Shown here piece after piece: positions 1-9,938 of a stretch of DNA of 64,000 bases (position 1 is its first letter; each line of letters begins with the position of its first letter). The notes under the pieces are model-generated. The model ran no database searches. It was not told the DNA's origin and worked only from the letters and a program-made list of their open reading frames with translations. Both the position numbers and the translations under genes were made by a program. Source of the DNA: an uncultured Veillonellaceae bacterium (lineage in GTDB: Bacteria; Bacillota; Negativicutes; JARBTT01); contig CAWDTA010000002.1 of NCBI GenBank assembly GCA_963805085.1, positions 160,001-224,000 on the forward strand, written 5' to 3'.

Positions 1-679
1 ATTCGTTTTGTACCTTGAATCGTTCAATTTCATAGTCTTCCCGTACAAAAGTTTTGACTACACGTACAGAAGAAATAGTTTCCTGCAATACAGAAGTAAT
101 ATCAGCAATTCGCTCTTGCATAACAAAGCTGGTTTTTTTTAATTTTTTACCAAAAACTTTCATGGCCTGTGCAATAATCGGCATCGTAATCAATGTTAGT
201 AATGACAATTTCCAATGAAGAAAAAACATAGTGCCAAGTGAGCCAAGTAAAATAGCACTTTCTTGCACGATTTCCACCATACTGCTAACAAGTGCAACCT
301 GCAGAGCCGATACATCATTGGTAATATAACTCATAATAGTACCAGTCTTACGCGTTTCATAATACGCAAGCGACAATTTCTGCAAATGGCGATATAAATC
401 TTCTCTAATATCTATAATAACACGCTGTGCGATATATGACATTAGATAAGTTTGTCCATAATAGAAAATACCTCTAAGGAAAAACACCACCACGATACCA
501 ATAGCAATGGTATTTAGCATCCTCATATTTTTTTGTGCTAATACCTCATCAATCACATCTTTTAGTACCCAAGGGACATAAAGATTTGCTAATGCTGCAA
601 AAATGATACATACAATAGCTACACAAAGTCTCGAGATATATGGTTTCATATAGTAAAGTAAACGTTTATAAGTATTCAA
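1..679 (-). CDS. msbA: Lipid A export ABC transporter (5' part; runs off the window edge)
   Basis: Manual translation from TTG at 679 (RBS GGAGG): MNTYKRLLYYMKPYISRLCVAIVCIIFAALANLYVPWVLKDVID..., an ABC exporter membrane domain directly downstream of lpxB. Not in the ORF track. Confidence 0.85.
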   Translation of the reverse strand, partial: MNTYKRLLYYMKPYISRLCVAIVCIIFAALANLYVPWVLKDVIDEVLAQKNMRMLNTIAIGIVVVFFLRGIFYYGQTYLMSYIAQRVIIDIREDLYRHLQKLSLAYYETRKTGTIMSYITNDVSALQVALVSSMVEIVQESAILLGSLGTMFFLHWKLSLLTLITMPIIAQAMKVFGKKLKKTSFVMQERIADITSVLQETISSVRVVKTFVREDYEIERFKVQNE

Positions 680-727
680 TCAATAACCTCCAATTTCATA
701 CTGTTTAGAGAAACCGATTGTAGATTT

Positions 728-1864
728 CTATTTTTTATTTGCCATGATTAAAACTTCCTCAGCAACGCGCTTCACAGCCCCTGATGAACCAAGTTTTTCT
801 TTCATTAATTTTAGTTTTGTACGAACTGCTTGGCCATAAGGGTTTGTTTCTAGTAAGCGCATTGCTTCTTTAGCAACATTTTCTGCCGTAACCTCATCTT
901 GCAATAATTCTGGAATCATTCGTTCTTCCATTACTATATTGGGCAAGCTGATATGAGGAATTTTCACTAGCAATCTACCTATAAAATAAGTGATTGCCGA
1001 CATTTTATAGACAACAACAACTGGCACCCCTAAAATAGCCGCTTCCAATGTAACTGTTCCCGATGCGGCAATTGCAGTATCGGCGATATTCATTAAATCA
1101 TAAATATTTCCACTAGTTAAATGGACTTTAACCTTGTAACTATTTAGTATACTTTGCAACATTTCCCGGGAAATTGTAGATGCTACTGGTAAAAAAAATT
1201 GACAACTAGGGCTTTCTTGCAATATTTTTTCGGCACTTTCAAGCATAATTGGCAATAAGCTGGTAATTTCTTGTTTGCGACTACCTGGTAATAGTAGAAT
1301 AATAGGCTCATCAGGGTTAGCAGTAAAAAATTGATAGGACTCTTCTTTATTCATACTTGGCTTAACGATATCAAGTAAAGGATGTCCAACAAAATTAACA
1401 TCTGCACCTGCCTTACGATAAACCTCTGCTTCAAAAGGAAAAATACTAGCAACCTTATTAACCAATTTTGCCATTGATTTTGCTCTGCCTTTTCGCCAAG
1501 CCCATGCCGATGGTGGGATATAAGAAAGTATCGGAATACCCAGCTGTTTGGCACATTTTGCCAAACGCATATTAAAGTCAGCATAATCAATAATGAGCAA
1601 TACATCTGGTCTTTCTTTTTTCATAATTTCTACTAACTCATCACGCAAACGAAAAAAGCGCGGTAAATTTTTTATTACTTCGACGAATCCCATGACATCA
1701 AGATCCGCAAAATCATGACTAATCTCTACACCGGCTTCACGCATCGCTTTACCGCCCATACCAAACATTTTAATATTAGGTTTTATTTTTTTTAATTCTG
1801 CGGCTATACTTGCACCATGCAAATCCCCCGATGCTTCACCAACAGATATCATGATTTTGCACAT
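728..1864 (-). CDS. lpxB: Lipid-A-disaccharide synthase
   Basis: GEASGDLHGA, LLPGSRKQEI and SGTVTLE motifs. Confidence 0.97.
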   Translation of the reverse strand: MCKIMISVGEASGDLHGASIAAELKKIKPNIKMFGMGGKAMREAGVEISHDFADLDVMGFVEVIKNLPRFFRLRDELVEIMKKERPDVLLIIDYADFNMRLAKCAKQLGIPILSYIPPSAWAWRKGRAKSMAKLVNKVASIFPFEAEVYRKAGADVNFVGHPLLDIVKPSMNKEESYQFFTANPDEPIILLLPGSRKQEITSLLPIMLESAEKILQESPSCQFFLPVASTISREMLQSILNSYKVKVHLTSGNIYDLMNIADTAIAASGTVTLEAAILGVPVVVVYKMSAITYFIGRLLVKIPHISLPNIVMEERMIPELLQDEVTAENVAKEAMRLLETNPYGQAVRTKLKLMKEKLGSSGAVKRVAEEVLIMANKK

Positions 1865-1948
1865 AAGGAACCTCCAGTAACAATTTTAAAAAGACGCGAG
1901 GACGCTTTACTAATTTTTAGCATCCGTCGCGCCTCTTATCATCAGTAT

Positions 1949-2752
1949 TTACAGAGCGACAATTGTTATTCCGTTTTTATTGGCAATTTCAAGGACTTTT
2001 TCCTCTTCTACTAAAATTGTTTTGCCAGCTTCCATTACCAAAGCTTTCGCTCCGACTGTACACATGGATTCTATGGTCTTTATCCCAACCGCTGGTACAT
2101 CAAAACGGATATCCTGCTTCGGTTTCGCAACCTTTGCTACGACAACACCACCACGGCCTAACTTGCCACCACGTAAAATACATTCATCCGTACCTTCAAT
2201 GGCTTCCACTGCCATCACTGCTAGATTTTTCACGACAACGGTTTGACCAATATCAAGACCGCCAATCGCCTTGGCCATTTTAAAACCAAATTCCATATCT
2301 GCCTGTTCATCTACATTTGGTTCACGCTCTGTAAGTGTACCCTCTTTTACGATCAAAGAACGAATCAATGCGGTTTGATCAAAAACAGTAATGCCTTCTA
2401 TCGCAAGCTCGCGAACGAACGCCAGCATTAATGTATCATCGTTATTATCTGGCAAAGCTGCTAAGATTTTTTTCATGCGATTATCAAGCATTACTTTACC
2501 ATCAAACATCAATTCTTTGGTAACTTTGCCAAGCATCGTTACTCTTGTAATATTATTTTGCTTTAAAAATTCAAAAATTGCATCTAATTGACCAACACCA
2601 ATTTTTTCTATTTTTTCAACGTGTTCCGCTAATTCTTTTTCTACCGACTCTACCAAAGCGACTGTAAAAACATTAAAGCCCATACCTTTAGCAGCACGAG
2701 CAAATTCTACAGGCAATTTACCAACACCAGCCAACAACCCAATTCTCTCCAT
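1949..2752 (-). CDS. lpxI: UDP-2,3-diacylglucosamine pyrophosphatase LpxI
   Basis: IGLLAGxGxLP, DIGQTVVV, AVEAIEGTD, QDxRFDVP motifs; start moved to ATG at 2752 after GGAGG. Confidence 0.95.
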   Translation of the reverse strand: MERIGLLAGVGKLPVEFARAAKGMGFNVFTVALVESVEKELAEHVEKIEKIGVGQLDAIFEFLKQNNITRVTMLGKVTKELMFDGKVMLDNRMKKILAALPDNNDDTLMLAFVRELAIEGITVFDQTALIRSLIVKEGTLTEREPNVDEQADMEFGFKMAKAIGGLDIGQTVVVKNLAVMAVEAIEGTDECILRGGKLGRGGVVVAKVAKPKQDIRFDVPAVGIKTIESMCTVGAKALVMEAGKTILVEEEKVLEIANKNGITIVAL

Positions 2753-2781
2753 ACTTGTTCCTCCGAATAGCATTCAGCTCA

Positions 2782-3600
2782 TTACTCACTCGTCTCTTTA
2801 CGTCCGCGACAAATTCCCCGTTCGGCATTACGCAAAAACCGCAAAAGATGTTCGACTTCATTGCACGAATCAACTTCTTGTTCAATTAATGCAATTGCTT
2901 GCGTTAAGCTAAGACCAGAGCGATAAAGTAATTTATATGCTTTTTTAATATTACGCCGAGATTCAATCGCAATCCCTGCACGAGAAATTCCAACACTATT
3001 TAAACCAGACACTTTTGCTGGATGACCATCAACAATAGTATAGGGAACAACATCTTGTACAACTTTCGAAGCTCCACCAATCATTGCATTACGACCAACT
3101 TTTACAAATTGATGAATTCCCGTTAAACCGCCAATTACCGCACGATCTTCAACAATAACATGACCTGCCAGCGTTGCAGCATTGGACATAATAACATTAT
3201 TGCCAACGATACAATTGTGAGCGACATGTGTATATGCCATCATTAAGCAATCATTTCCGATACGTGTTTCTTCGCCTTCACCTGTCGCTCTATTTACAGT
3301 TGCACATTCACGAATCCTAGTATTATCTCCAATGAACACATAGGACTTTTCACCGGCAAATTTCAAGTCTTGTGGTTCCGCTCCGATGGATGCGCCTGGG
3401 AATATCACACAATTTTTACCTATACTAGTCCAGCCGTCTATAACAACATGTGCACCAATCTTTGTACCATCATCAATCAGAACATTCTCACCAATAACCG
3501 CATATGGTCCGATTTGTACATCTTTGCCAAGTCGCGCACTAGGATGTACAACTGCCGTCTCATGCACATTCCGCAAAACAACTACCTTCTCTGGTTTCAT
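2782..3600 (-). CDS. lpxA: UDP-N-acetylglucosamine O-acyltransferase
   Basis: Hexapeptide repeats, PQDLKF, HVAHNC, IHQF; start moved to ATG at 3600 after AAAGGAG. Confidence 0.97.
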   Translation of the reverse strand: MKPEKVVVLRNVHETAVVHPSARLGKDVQIGPYAVIGENVLIDDGTKIGAHVVIDGWTSIGKNCVIFPGASIGAEPQDLKFAGEKSYVFIGDNTRIRECATVNRATGEGEETRIGNDCLMMAYTHVAHNCIVGNNVIMSNAATLAGHVIVEDRAVIGGLTGIHQFVKVGRNAMIGGASKVVQDVVPYTIVDGHPAKVSGLNSVGISRAGIAIESRRNIKKAYKLLYRSGLSLTQAIALIEQEVDSCNEVEHLLRFLRNAERGICRGRKETSE

Positions 3601-3788
3601 AAGTATCTCAGCTCCTTTTCCTCTTAAATTTATATGAACGCCTACACGTAAACTTCTCCTTAATTCACCAACACCTATATATAGTCCAGACAGTCTGTCT
3701 AAAATAAACGACTCAAATTTCGCCAAAATCAGCTATTATAGTAGGAAAGTAGTATAATAGCTAAATATTTCATACCAAAACAGCTGAT

Positions 3789-4232
3789 TTACTCATTATT
3801 TTCCGGCGTTTTTAACGCAAACGTAAAATCACCTTGCGCAACCATTTGATCTTCCACATATGCCTCACAATGTAATTTTCCAATAGAACCACGTATTTTT
3901 ATTAATTCTGCTGTCATTTTCAATTGATCTCCCGGCACAACAGGCTTTCTAAACCGTACATTTTCCATGCCGGCAAAGAAGGTCACTTTCCCGCGGTTTT
4001 CTGCTGGGTAAAGCATTGCCACGCCACCAACTTGTGCCATTGCCTCCAAAATTAAGACACCTGGCATAATAGGATTGCCAGGAAAGTGCCCTTGAAAATG
4101 AGTTTCTGTCATTGTCACGTTTTTTATACCAACAGCTCGTTTCATTGGTTCTAACTCAATAATCCTATCCACTAATAAAAACGGGGAACGGTGCGGCAAT
4201 ATTTTTTGTATATCAGTTACTGATAAAATCAT
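3789..4232 (-). CDS. fabZ: 3-hydroxyacyl-ACP dehydratase
   Basis: LPHRSPFLLVD and FQGHFPGNPIMPGVLILEAMAQ. Confidence 0.97.
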   Translation of the reverse strand: MILSVTDIQKILPHRSPFLLVDRIIELEPMKRAVGIKNVTMTETHFQGHFPGNPIMPGVLILEAMAQVGGVAMLYPAENRGKVTFFAGMENVRFRKPVVPGDQLKMTAELIKIRGSIGKLHCEAYVEDQMVAQGDFTFALKTPENNE

Positions 4233-4249
4233 AATAAACTCCTCCTCTT

Positions 4250-5077
4250 TTACTTACTAAGCCCAGCGGATATCTGCTTTGCAAGTTCTGTATTAATGGC
4301 ATGGCTAGATTTTACAGCGACAATATGTCCGCGTACCCGTCCAACCAGACGAATATCACCAATGATATCGAGTACCTTATGGCGTACCAATTCATCTACA
4401 AATCTAAGCTTCGTTAGCCATTTTTCATCATTATATACAATGACGTTTTCTGGCGTTCCACCTAACCCCAAGCCCATTTTTTGCAAGGCTTCTATTTCCT
4501 GTTCATAGGCAATGGTTCTAGCTGGTGCTATTTCTTTATGAAAAATTTCTGCTGTAATCTCATAATCTGCATATTGAATCCCCACCAGCTCACTTGGATT
4601 GACAGAAGTAAAGCTAACTCTAAAACCATCGTAAGGTAATATCATGACAAACTTATCATCTTGTCTTATAATATAAGTTCGATCAATGATGATTTCCCTG
4701 CTTTCTTCTTCTTGCTCTCTAACACCAGCACTTTGGATTAACTCAAAGAAAACCAAAGCACTACCATCGGTTACTGGTGGTTCTACGGCATCAATTTCAA
4801 TATAGCAATTATCTATTTGTAGAGCATGAAAAGCTGACATCAAATGCTCTATTGTAAAAACCTTCGCCGTTCCTGATTCAATCGTTGTTGCTCTAACAGT
4901 AGCCGTTACATTGTCAGAAATCGCAGCGACCCGTGGTGAATCTTCTAGATCAACACGAATAAACACAATGCCCGTATTTACTGGAGCAGGCTTTAACCTA
5001 ATTGTGACCTCACAGCCCGAATGTAAACCAATCCCAGTATAGGCTACATCTTTTTCAATTGTCGTTTGGTACTGCAT
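4250..5077 (-). CDS. lpxC: UDP-3-O-acyl-GlcNAc deacetylase
   Basis: GIGLHSG, TIEHLMSA, RHKVLDIIGD; start moved to ATG at 5077. Confidence 0.97.
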   Translation of the reverse strand: MQYQTTIEKDVAYTGIGLHSGCEVTIRLKPAPVNTGIVFIRVDLEDSPRVAAISDNVTATVRATTIESGTAKVFTIEHLMSAFHALQIDNCYIEIDAVEPPVTDGSALVFFELIQSAGVREQEEESREIIIDRTYIIRQDDKFVMILPYDGFRVSFTSVNPSELVGIQYADYEITAEIFHKEIAPARTIAYEQEIEALQKMGLGLGGTPENVIVYNDEKWLTKLRFVDELVRHKVLDIIGDIRLVGRVRGHIVAVKSSHAINTELAKQISAGLSK

Positions 5078-5112
5078 AAATAAAAATCCTCCTGACATGA
5101 TAACCTTTGTTT

Positions 5113-5137
5113 ATTCTACAAAAAATTAGCTCATCCT
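5113..5137 (-). promoter_or_regulatory. Sigma-H-like promoter upstream of lpxC
   Basis: gcAGGA-N17-GAAT on the minus strand. Confidence 0.5.
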
Positions 5138-5161
5138 GCAAGCATAAAAAGAAATTTTTAT

Positions 5162-5923
5162 TTATTTTACCAAAACACGCTTACTAGCATTCATTTGATA
5201 TTCAATTAATGCTTTATAATCTTGTCCCACATTTGAGGTTGGATTAAGAAAAATGTCTTGCGTTGCTCCTGTTTCAACAATCTTTCCTTTATCCATTAAA
5301 ATGATCTTATCAGCCACATTTAAAGCAAACGATAATTCATGGGTAACGACCAGCATTGTACTCGATCTATATTTTGCAAGCTCTTCCATGATAAGGAGAA
5401 CCTCTCGAACTAGCATAGGATCAAGCGAAGCCGTTGGTTCATCCCACAGGATTAGTTCCGGTTCTAACACAAGCGCTCTAGCAATGGCAACACGTTGTTG
5501 TTGCCCCCCTGATAGTACATTCGGCCTCTTTTGTAGTTCTTTTTCTAAGCCTACTTTCATTAATGCTATTTTTGCTTTTTCATAAGCTACTTCCCTTGGC
5601 TCATTCCCCATAATCAGGCCCAACATCACATTTTCTATCGCAGACAACCGTGCTATTAAATTAAAATGCTGAAAAACAAAACCGATTCGTTTACGCATAG
5701 CAAGCAGCTCAGTTACATTCAAGGTTGTAACATCAATGGAATCAAAGAAGATACTTCCTTCATCTGGCTCAATTAAGCGATTAATCATCCGAATTGTCGT
5801 CGATTTTCCACAACCAGATGGTCCCATTAAAACGAGGGTCTCACCTTGCTTTGCCGTTAAATTAATATGATCAACAGCTTGAACTCCACCAAATTGTTTT
5901 GAAAGATTAGAAATTGCAAACAT
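5162..5923 (-). CDS. ABC transporter ATP-binding protein (GlnQ/polar amino acid type)
   Basis: GPSGCGKST, LSGGQQQRVAIARAL, DEPTASLDP. Confidence 0.93.
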   Translation of the reverse strand: MFAISNLSKQFGGVQAVDHINLTAKQGETLVLMGPSGCGKSTTIRMINRLIEPDEGSIFFDSIDVTTLNVTELLAMRKRIGFVFQHFNLIARLSAIENVMLGLIMGNEPREVAYEKAKIALMKVGLEKELQKRPNVLSGGQQQRVAIARALVLEPELILWDEPTASLDPMLVREVLLIMEELAKYRSSTMLVVTHELSFALNVADKIILMDKGKIVETGATQDIFLNPTSNVGQDYKALIEYQMNASKRVLVK

Positions 5924-5943
5924 ATGATCACCCTTTATACAAA

Positions 5944-8262
5944 TTATTTAAATTTTAGCTTCTGCCGATTTAAACGTTCTAGTATTCCTGGTCTTCCGTT
6001 TGGAATGACAATTTCACGCATGATTTCAGTAAAAGACATTCCTAGTGATTTTCCAGCAAATATCTCTTCTTCCGAAACCGGTGTAATTTTTTCCGTAATC
6101 AAAGCGATCAGTAAGCCAAAAAACATTCCAATAACAGGAACTAGATACCAACTAACGTAAGGGATTCCCGCTCCGGAAAAATAAAATATAAAACAAAGCA
6201 AAATGGCCCCTACCACCATTCCATAGACATTTTCACGATAAGCTATACTTTTTACTAACTGTTTACTAGATTGGATCATACCTTTTTGCTGTTTTTGCAC
6301 ACTGTTACTTAATCTTTGATTACGCAAAGCTGACATAACCGCAGTATGGTCAAAAGCTAATAAAACCAGTGTAATCACAAATGCGGTAAGTCCAGCAAGT
6401 ACTGCTTGTACTTCGTTTAACACCTGATAAGCTTGTAAGTATACATTCGGTTCGATGGCGCCAATATTCGATTCAAAAATGCCAATGTTTTGATGCCCAA
6501 CAACCCCATAAACAATTGGCTTAATATTTTCTAGCCAGATAGAATGATCTATCATAATCTGCAATCTTTTATTTGGTATGACTTGACCATTGATCATCTT
6601 ATTCATTAAGGTAATGGAACTATTCATTTCTTCATCATTCAATTTTGGGGCGGATACTTGTAACGTTTGGAGTGCTTCACTAACATTTGTAAAATCAGTA
6701 TTTGCCAACTGAGTCAATCTTTTATTTGCATCAATTAAATTTTCTTTTGTCTTTCCTTTATTAAACGCTCGCAATGAGCTATTTAATCTATTTCCATTAT
6801 CGGCCATTGTCGATAAAATATTTTTTGTCGCAATGGCTTGTTCATTGACACTATTTAGCCCATTGAGCAATTCTCCGAAGGCATCCATTTTCTCTTGTGT
6901 TTCTTTTAATGTTTCTATGGCTAGTGATACATCGGGGTTGATCAAACGTACTAATCGCAGCGTTCCCAGCAGCTTTGTCATTGCCTTTGATGAATTATCA
7001 ATGCGATCTTGAATTGCTTGTACATCAACCGTTTCCAATTTTTCAGTGGCACTATTAATTGAGATAACTGCATCATCCATATTGCTTAAGGTTCTCTGCA
7101 CATTTGTTTCATTCTCATTATAACTTTGCAAGGTATCTAAAGCTAACTTGCTTACTATATTGCTTTCCTTAGCAAAACTAGGCAATTCTTTCGTTATTTT
7201 TTCCGTTTGCGATAACGCATAAAGAAGCTCATCTCGGGGGCTTTGCCACGTCGCTGTTCCAGCATAGGCTGCCACCTTATCTTTATCAAGCAAATACACA
7301 AGATTACTTTTTAGATTACTTCCGTCTCCCTGCGTAATCACTCCAGTATAGGAGCCATTCGCATTTGCTTCAGTTAATGACACAGTAATATTATTTTTTT
7401 GCAGGGCATCACCAACTTCTATTTTTTTCTCGCCTTCCCCCTGCAGTACTACAGTATTTCCTTTTGCTAACTGCACATTCTTTTCTGGTGTTACAAAAAC
7501 TTTTGTTTGATATGCTTTTAGAAATTTACGCAACTCTTGCATGGTACTTGTCAGATGAGCAATATCATCATTACTACTATCGACAGATACATATTTTGCA
7601 ATCTTCGGCTGTAAATTTTTATATAAAGCTGTTACGATATTTTCTGCCAACAATACCGGATTCTCCGGTTCTAAACCAGCAGGGAAACTCACTTCTATCA
7701 TTTTATTTGTATTAAGAATCGCCTCTACTTGGCTGGTTACACTGGCAATTTGATCTGTACCGGCTAACACAACTCCAATATTAGGACCACTGTGATAAAC
7801 AAAATCTACACCTGAAATCGCTTGTAGTTGTTCCATAGTCATATCTACGGCACCCGTTGGTACACCACGAATATTGAGTCTTGGTTCTGTAATAATACTA
7901 ATCCCCACCCCACCAGGAATATTAGAAAACATTTTTTCTAAATTTTCATATACAGTTTTATTTTTATATTCACTCGGCAAAGAAACAAAAAAATTCGCCT
8001 TTTGCGCAATTCCCGGTCCTTCTTTATACTTTGCTCCTACTAGACTCTCAGCAATAATCTTTTCTAATTGCAGTTGACCATTTGCTTTGCTATCTTCGGA
8101 CATTTGTATGATCAAATCATACTCTCCATAATCGCCAACTAAACTTACTAGTTTTTCTTTAAAGTAAAAATTTGCTCCATACGAAACTGCTTTGGCAAAA
8201 GCCGAACCCAATAGGATACTGACAAGTAAAAGAAAAATTATATCGCGTTTAAAAAATTTCAT
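5944..8262 (-). CDS. Large membrane protein: N-terminal TM, about 580-aa extracytoplasmic domain with coiled coil, C-terminal TMs with an EAA-like ABC permease motif
   Basis: C-terminal EEEIFAGKSLGMSFTEIMREIVIPNGRPG resembles the EAA loop; directly upstream of the ABC ATPase; start moved to ATG at 8262. Confidence 0.65.
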   Translation of the reverse strand: MKFFKRDIIFLLLVSILLGSAFAKAVSYGANFYFKEKLVSLVGDYGEYDLIIQMSEDSKANGQLQLEKIIAESLVGAKYKEGPGIAQKANFFVSLPSEYKNKTVYENLEKMFSNIPGGVGISIITEPRLNIRGVPTGAVDMTMEQLQAISGVDFVYHSGPNIGVVLAGTDQIASVTSQVEAILNTNKMIEVSFPAGLEPENPVLLAENIVTALYKNLQPKIAKYVSVDSSNDDIAHLTSTMQELRKFLKAYQTKVFVTPEKNVQLAKGNTVVLQGEGEKKIEVGDALQKNNITVSLTEANANGSYTGVITQGDGSNLKSNLVYLLDKDKVAAYAGTATWQSPRDELLYALSQTEKITKELPSFAKESNIVSKLALDTLQSYNENETNVQRTLSNMDDAVISINSATEKLETVDVQAIQDRIDNSSKAMTKLLGTLRLVRLINPDVSLAIETLKETQEKMDAFGELLNGLNSVNEQAIATKNILSTMADNGNRLNSSLRAFNKGKTKENLIDANKRLTQLANTDFTNVSEALQTLQVSAPKLNDEEMNSSITLMNKMINGQVIPNKRLQIMIDHSIWLENIKPIVYGVVGHQNIGIFESNIGAIEPNVYLQAYQVLNEVQAVLAGLTAFVITLVLLAFDHTAVMSALRNQRLSNSVQKQQKGMIQSSKQLVKSIAYRENVYGMVVGAILLCFIFYFSGAGIPYVSWYLVPVIGMFFGLLIALITEKITPVSEEEIFAGKSLGMSFTEIMREIVIPNGRPGILERLNRQKLKFK

Positions 8263-8295
8263 TTTTCTCCCCCGCAATCATAGAATACCTCACAT

Positions 8296-8325
8296 TATTT
8301 TGCTCCATAACGTTTGACTTTATGT
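8296..8325 (-). promoter_or_regulatory. Sigma-G-like promoter upstream of the large permease-like gene
   Basis: ACATA-N18-CAAAATA versus B. subtilis sigma-G consensus GnATA-N18-CATAATA. Confidence 0.35.
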
Positions 8326-8339
8326 TTTGCAAAAATAAA

Positions 8340-8364
8340 AAAAATCCCCATTTGGGGATTTTTT
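8340..8364 (-). terminator. Rho-independent terminator after lpxL
   Basis: AAAAATCCCCA-TT-TGGGGATTTTT hairpin flanked by A/T runs. Confidence 0.6.
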
Positions 8365-9232
8365 ATCGTTGCTTCCATCTATTGTGCATCCAAAACCATT
8401 CTGCTGGATATTTTCTGATATGTTCTTCAATAATTCGTGTTAATTTTTCCGTTGTTTGTTTGATATCTTCCTGCTTATTTTCTGTTTTCGTGACAAAAAA
8501 TGGCTCTTTAATGATGATCGTATGTGTTCCATCACTATTTTCGGTAATAAAGGTTGGCAGAAGTGGAGCATTTTTAATTCGAGCCAAAAAAGCTGGTCCT
8601 TGTGGACAAGAAGCTTTCCTGCCGAAAAACTCCAATTCTATACCGTCAGTACTAGCATCTTGATCCATTAAAAGTCCAATCGCACTACCCTGACCTAACA
8701 TTTTAATCATTTCGCGCACGCCATTTTTATAAGTGACATGGATACCAACTAAAGCCCGATATTCATTAATCAATCGATCCATATCACCATTGGCTTGTTT
8801 TTGGGCAACACCGACAATGGGATAGCCATTTAAGGCAAGTGCTCCGCCCAGCAGTTCCCAATTGCCACTGTGAGCGGTTGGAATCACTATGCCTTTCCCA
8901 TAAGCAAGTGCTTTGTCAATATTTTCTCTACCTTCAATTTTCACATAGGAATTGATATCTTTTTTGAGCTTCGGATATACCATGACTTCAATCAGCATTT
9001 TACCAAATCGAGTCCAACTATGCTTGGCAATCTGCCTTGCTTCTAACTCTTCAATCCCTAATGCTAAAACAATATTTTCTGTTGCCATCAATTTACGTTT
9101 TTCAGGCACAATCCCCCATGTAACGTTACCAATAAAATTTCCAAGCATCCGCTGCATTTTGAACGGTAACAGGCAAACAATCTTACTAAACAATTTAATC
9201 AATAAATAAGTCATCGAATCAACTCCAGCCAT
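8363..9232 (-). CDS. lpxL: Lipid A late acyltransferase (HtrB/LpxL family)
   Basis: TAHSGNWE, LLMDQD, PAEWFWMHNRWK. Confidence 0.9.
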   Translation of the reverse strand: MAGVDSMTYLLIKLFSKIVCLLPFKMQRMLGNFIGNVTWGIVPEKRKLMATENIVLALGIEELEARQIAKHSWTRFGKMLIEVMVYPKLKKDINSYVKIEGRENIDKALAYGKGIVIPTAHSGNWELLGGALALNGYPIVGVAQKQANGDMDRLINEYRALVGIHVTYKNGVREMIKMLGQGSAIGLLMDQDASTDGIELEFFGRKASCPQGPAFLARIKNAPLLPTFITENSDGTHTIIIKEPFFVTKTENKQEDIKQTTEKLTRIIEEHIRKYPAEWFWMHNRWKQR

Positions 9233-9242
9233 AATCCCTTTA

Positions 9243-9860
9243 TTAATATAAATTATATGTTACACCAACATACGTTTCCTTATCACGCCAACCAGCATTT
9301 ACTTTTAATCCCGGTACGATTGACATACGCACTCCATAATTGATATCGTGTCCGTCATTTTCAACAATCAATGTCGTATCAGGAAATACCCCTTTGATCC
9401 CCAGTGGCGTGATATTTTTTTCTAGGGAACAAAACATGCCATCATATCTACCATTACCAACGCCAACATGTGCTCTAAAGCCAAGTGGCAGTCCTTTACT
9501 TACAACCGCGTAGGCTGTGCGATCCCTTTTATTAGCAATATCTTCTACCCCAATAGCAATCCCTGGTGTCAATACCCCTTCTGCTGCTATCGCGTATTTA
9601 GCATTTACATAAGTTGCTTTATCGGAAAAATCAAAATCTGTACGAGCTACACTAACTTCTAAATTTTTTGTTGCACTAAAACCAATACTCGCAGTTTTAC
9701 CTTCATGGAGATTGTAATACCCCAATGAAACTTGCCCTTCACGAAGAACATCCGCCGTAGGTGTATTAATCATCCCTGTGGATCCGCTAGTTGAAGAAGC
9801 TGCATACGTCATATTCGTTAAGGATAGTAAGATTGCTGCACTTAACAATAATTTTTTCAT
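9243..9860 (-). CDS. Exported YjbH-domain / small beta-barrel outer membrane protein
   Basis: Signal peptide, GSTGMINTPTADVL N-terminal motif, alternating beta strands, C-terminal aromatic residue. Confidence 0.65.
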   Translation of the reverse strand: MKKLLLSAAILLSLTNMTYAASSTSGSTGMINTPTADVLREGQVSLGYYNLHEGKTASIGFSATKNLEVSVARTDFDFSDKATYVNAKYAIAAEGVLTPGIAIGVEDIANKRDRTAYAVVSKGLPLGFRAHVGVGNGRYDGMFCSLEKNITPLGIKGVFPDTTLIVENDGHDINYGVRMSIVPGLKVNAGWRDKETYVGVTYNLY

Positions 9861-9900
9861 AAATAAAACCCTTTCAAGATCCCATATTTCTCCAGTAAAA

Positions 9901-9925
9901 AGGCTGTTACAGATTGCAACAGCCT
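9901..9925 (-). terminator. Hairpin/terminator after lpxD
   Basis: AGGCTGTTACA-GAT-TGCAACAGCCT followed by TTTT on the minus strand. Confidence 0.6.
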
Positions 9926-9938
9926 CAATTCATAAACC

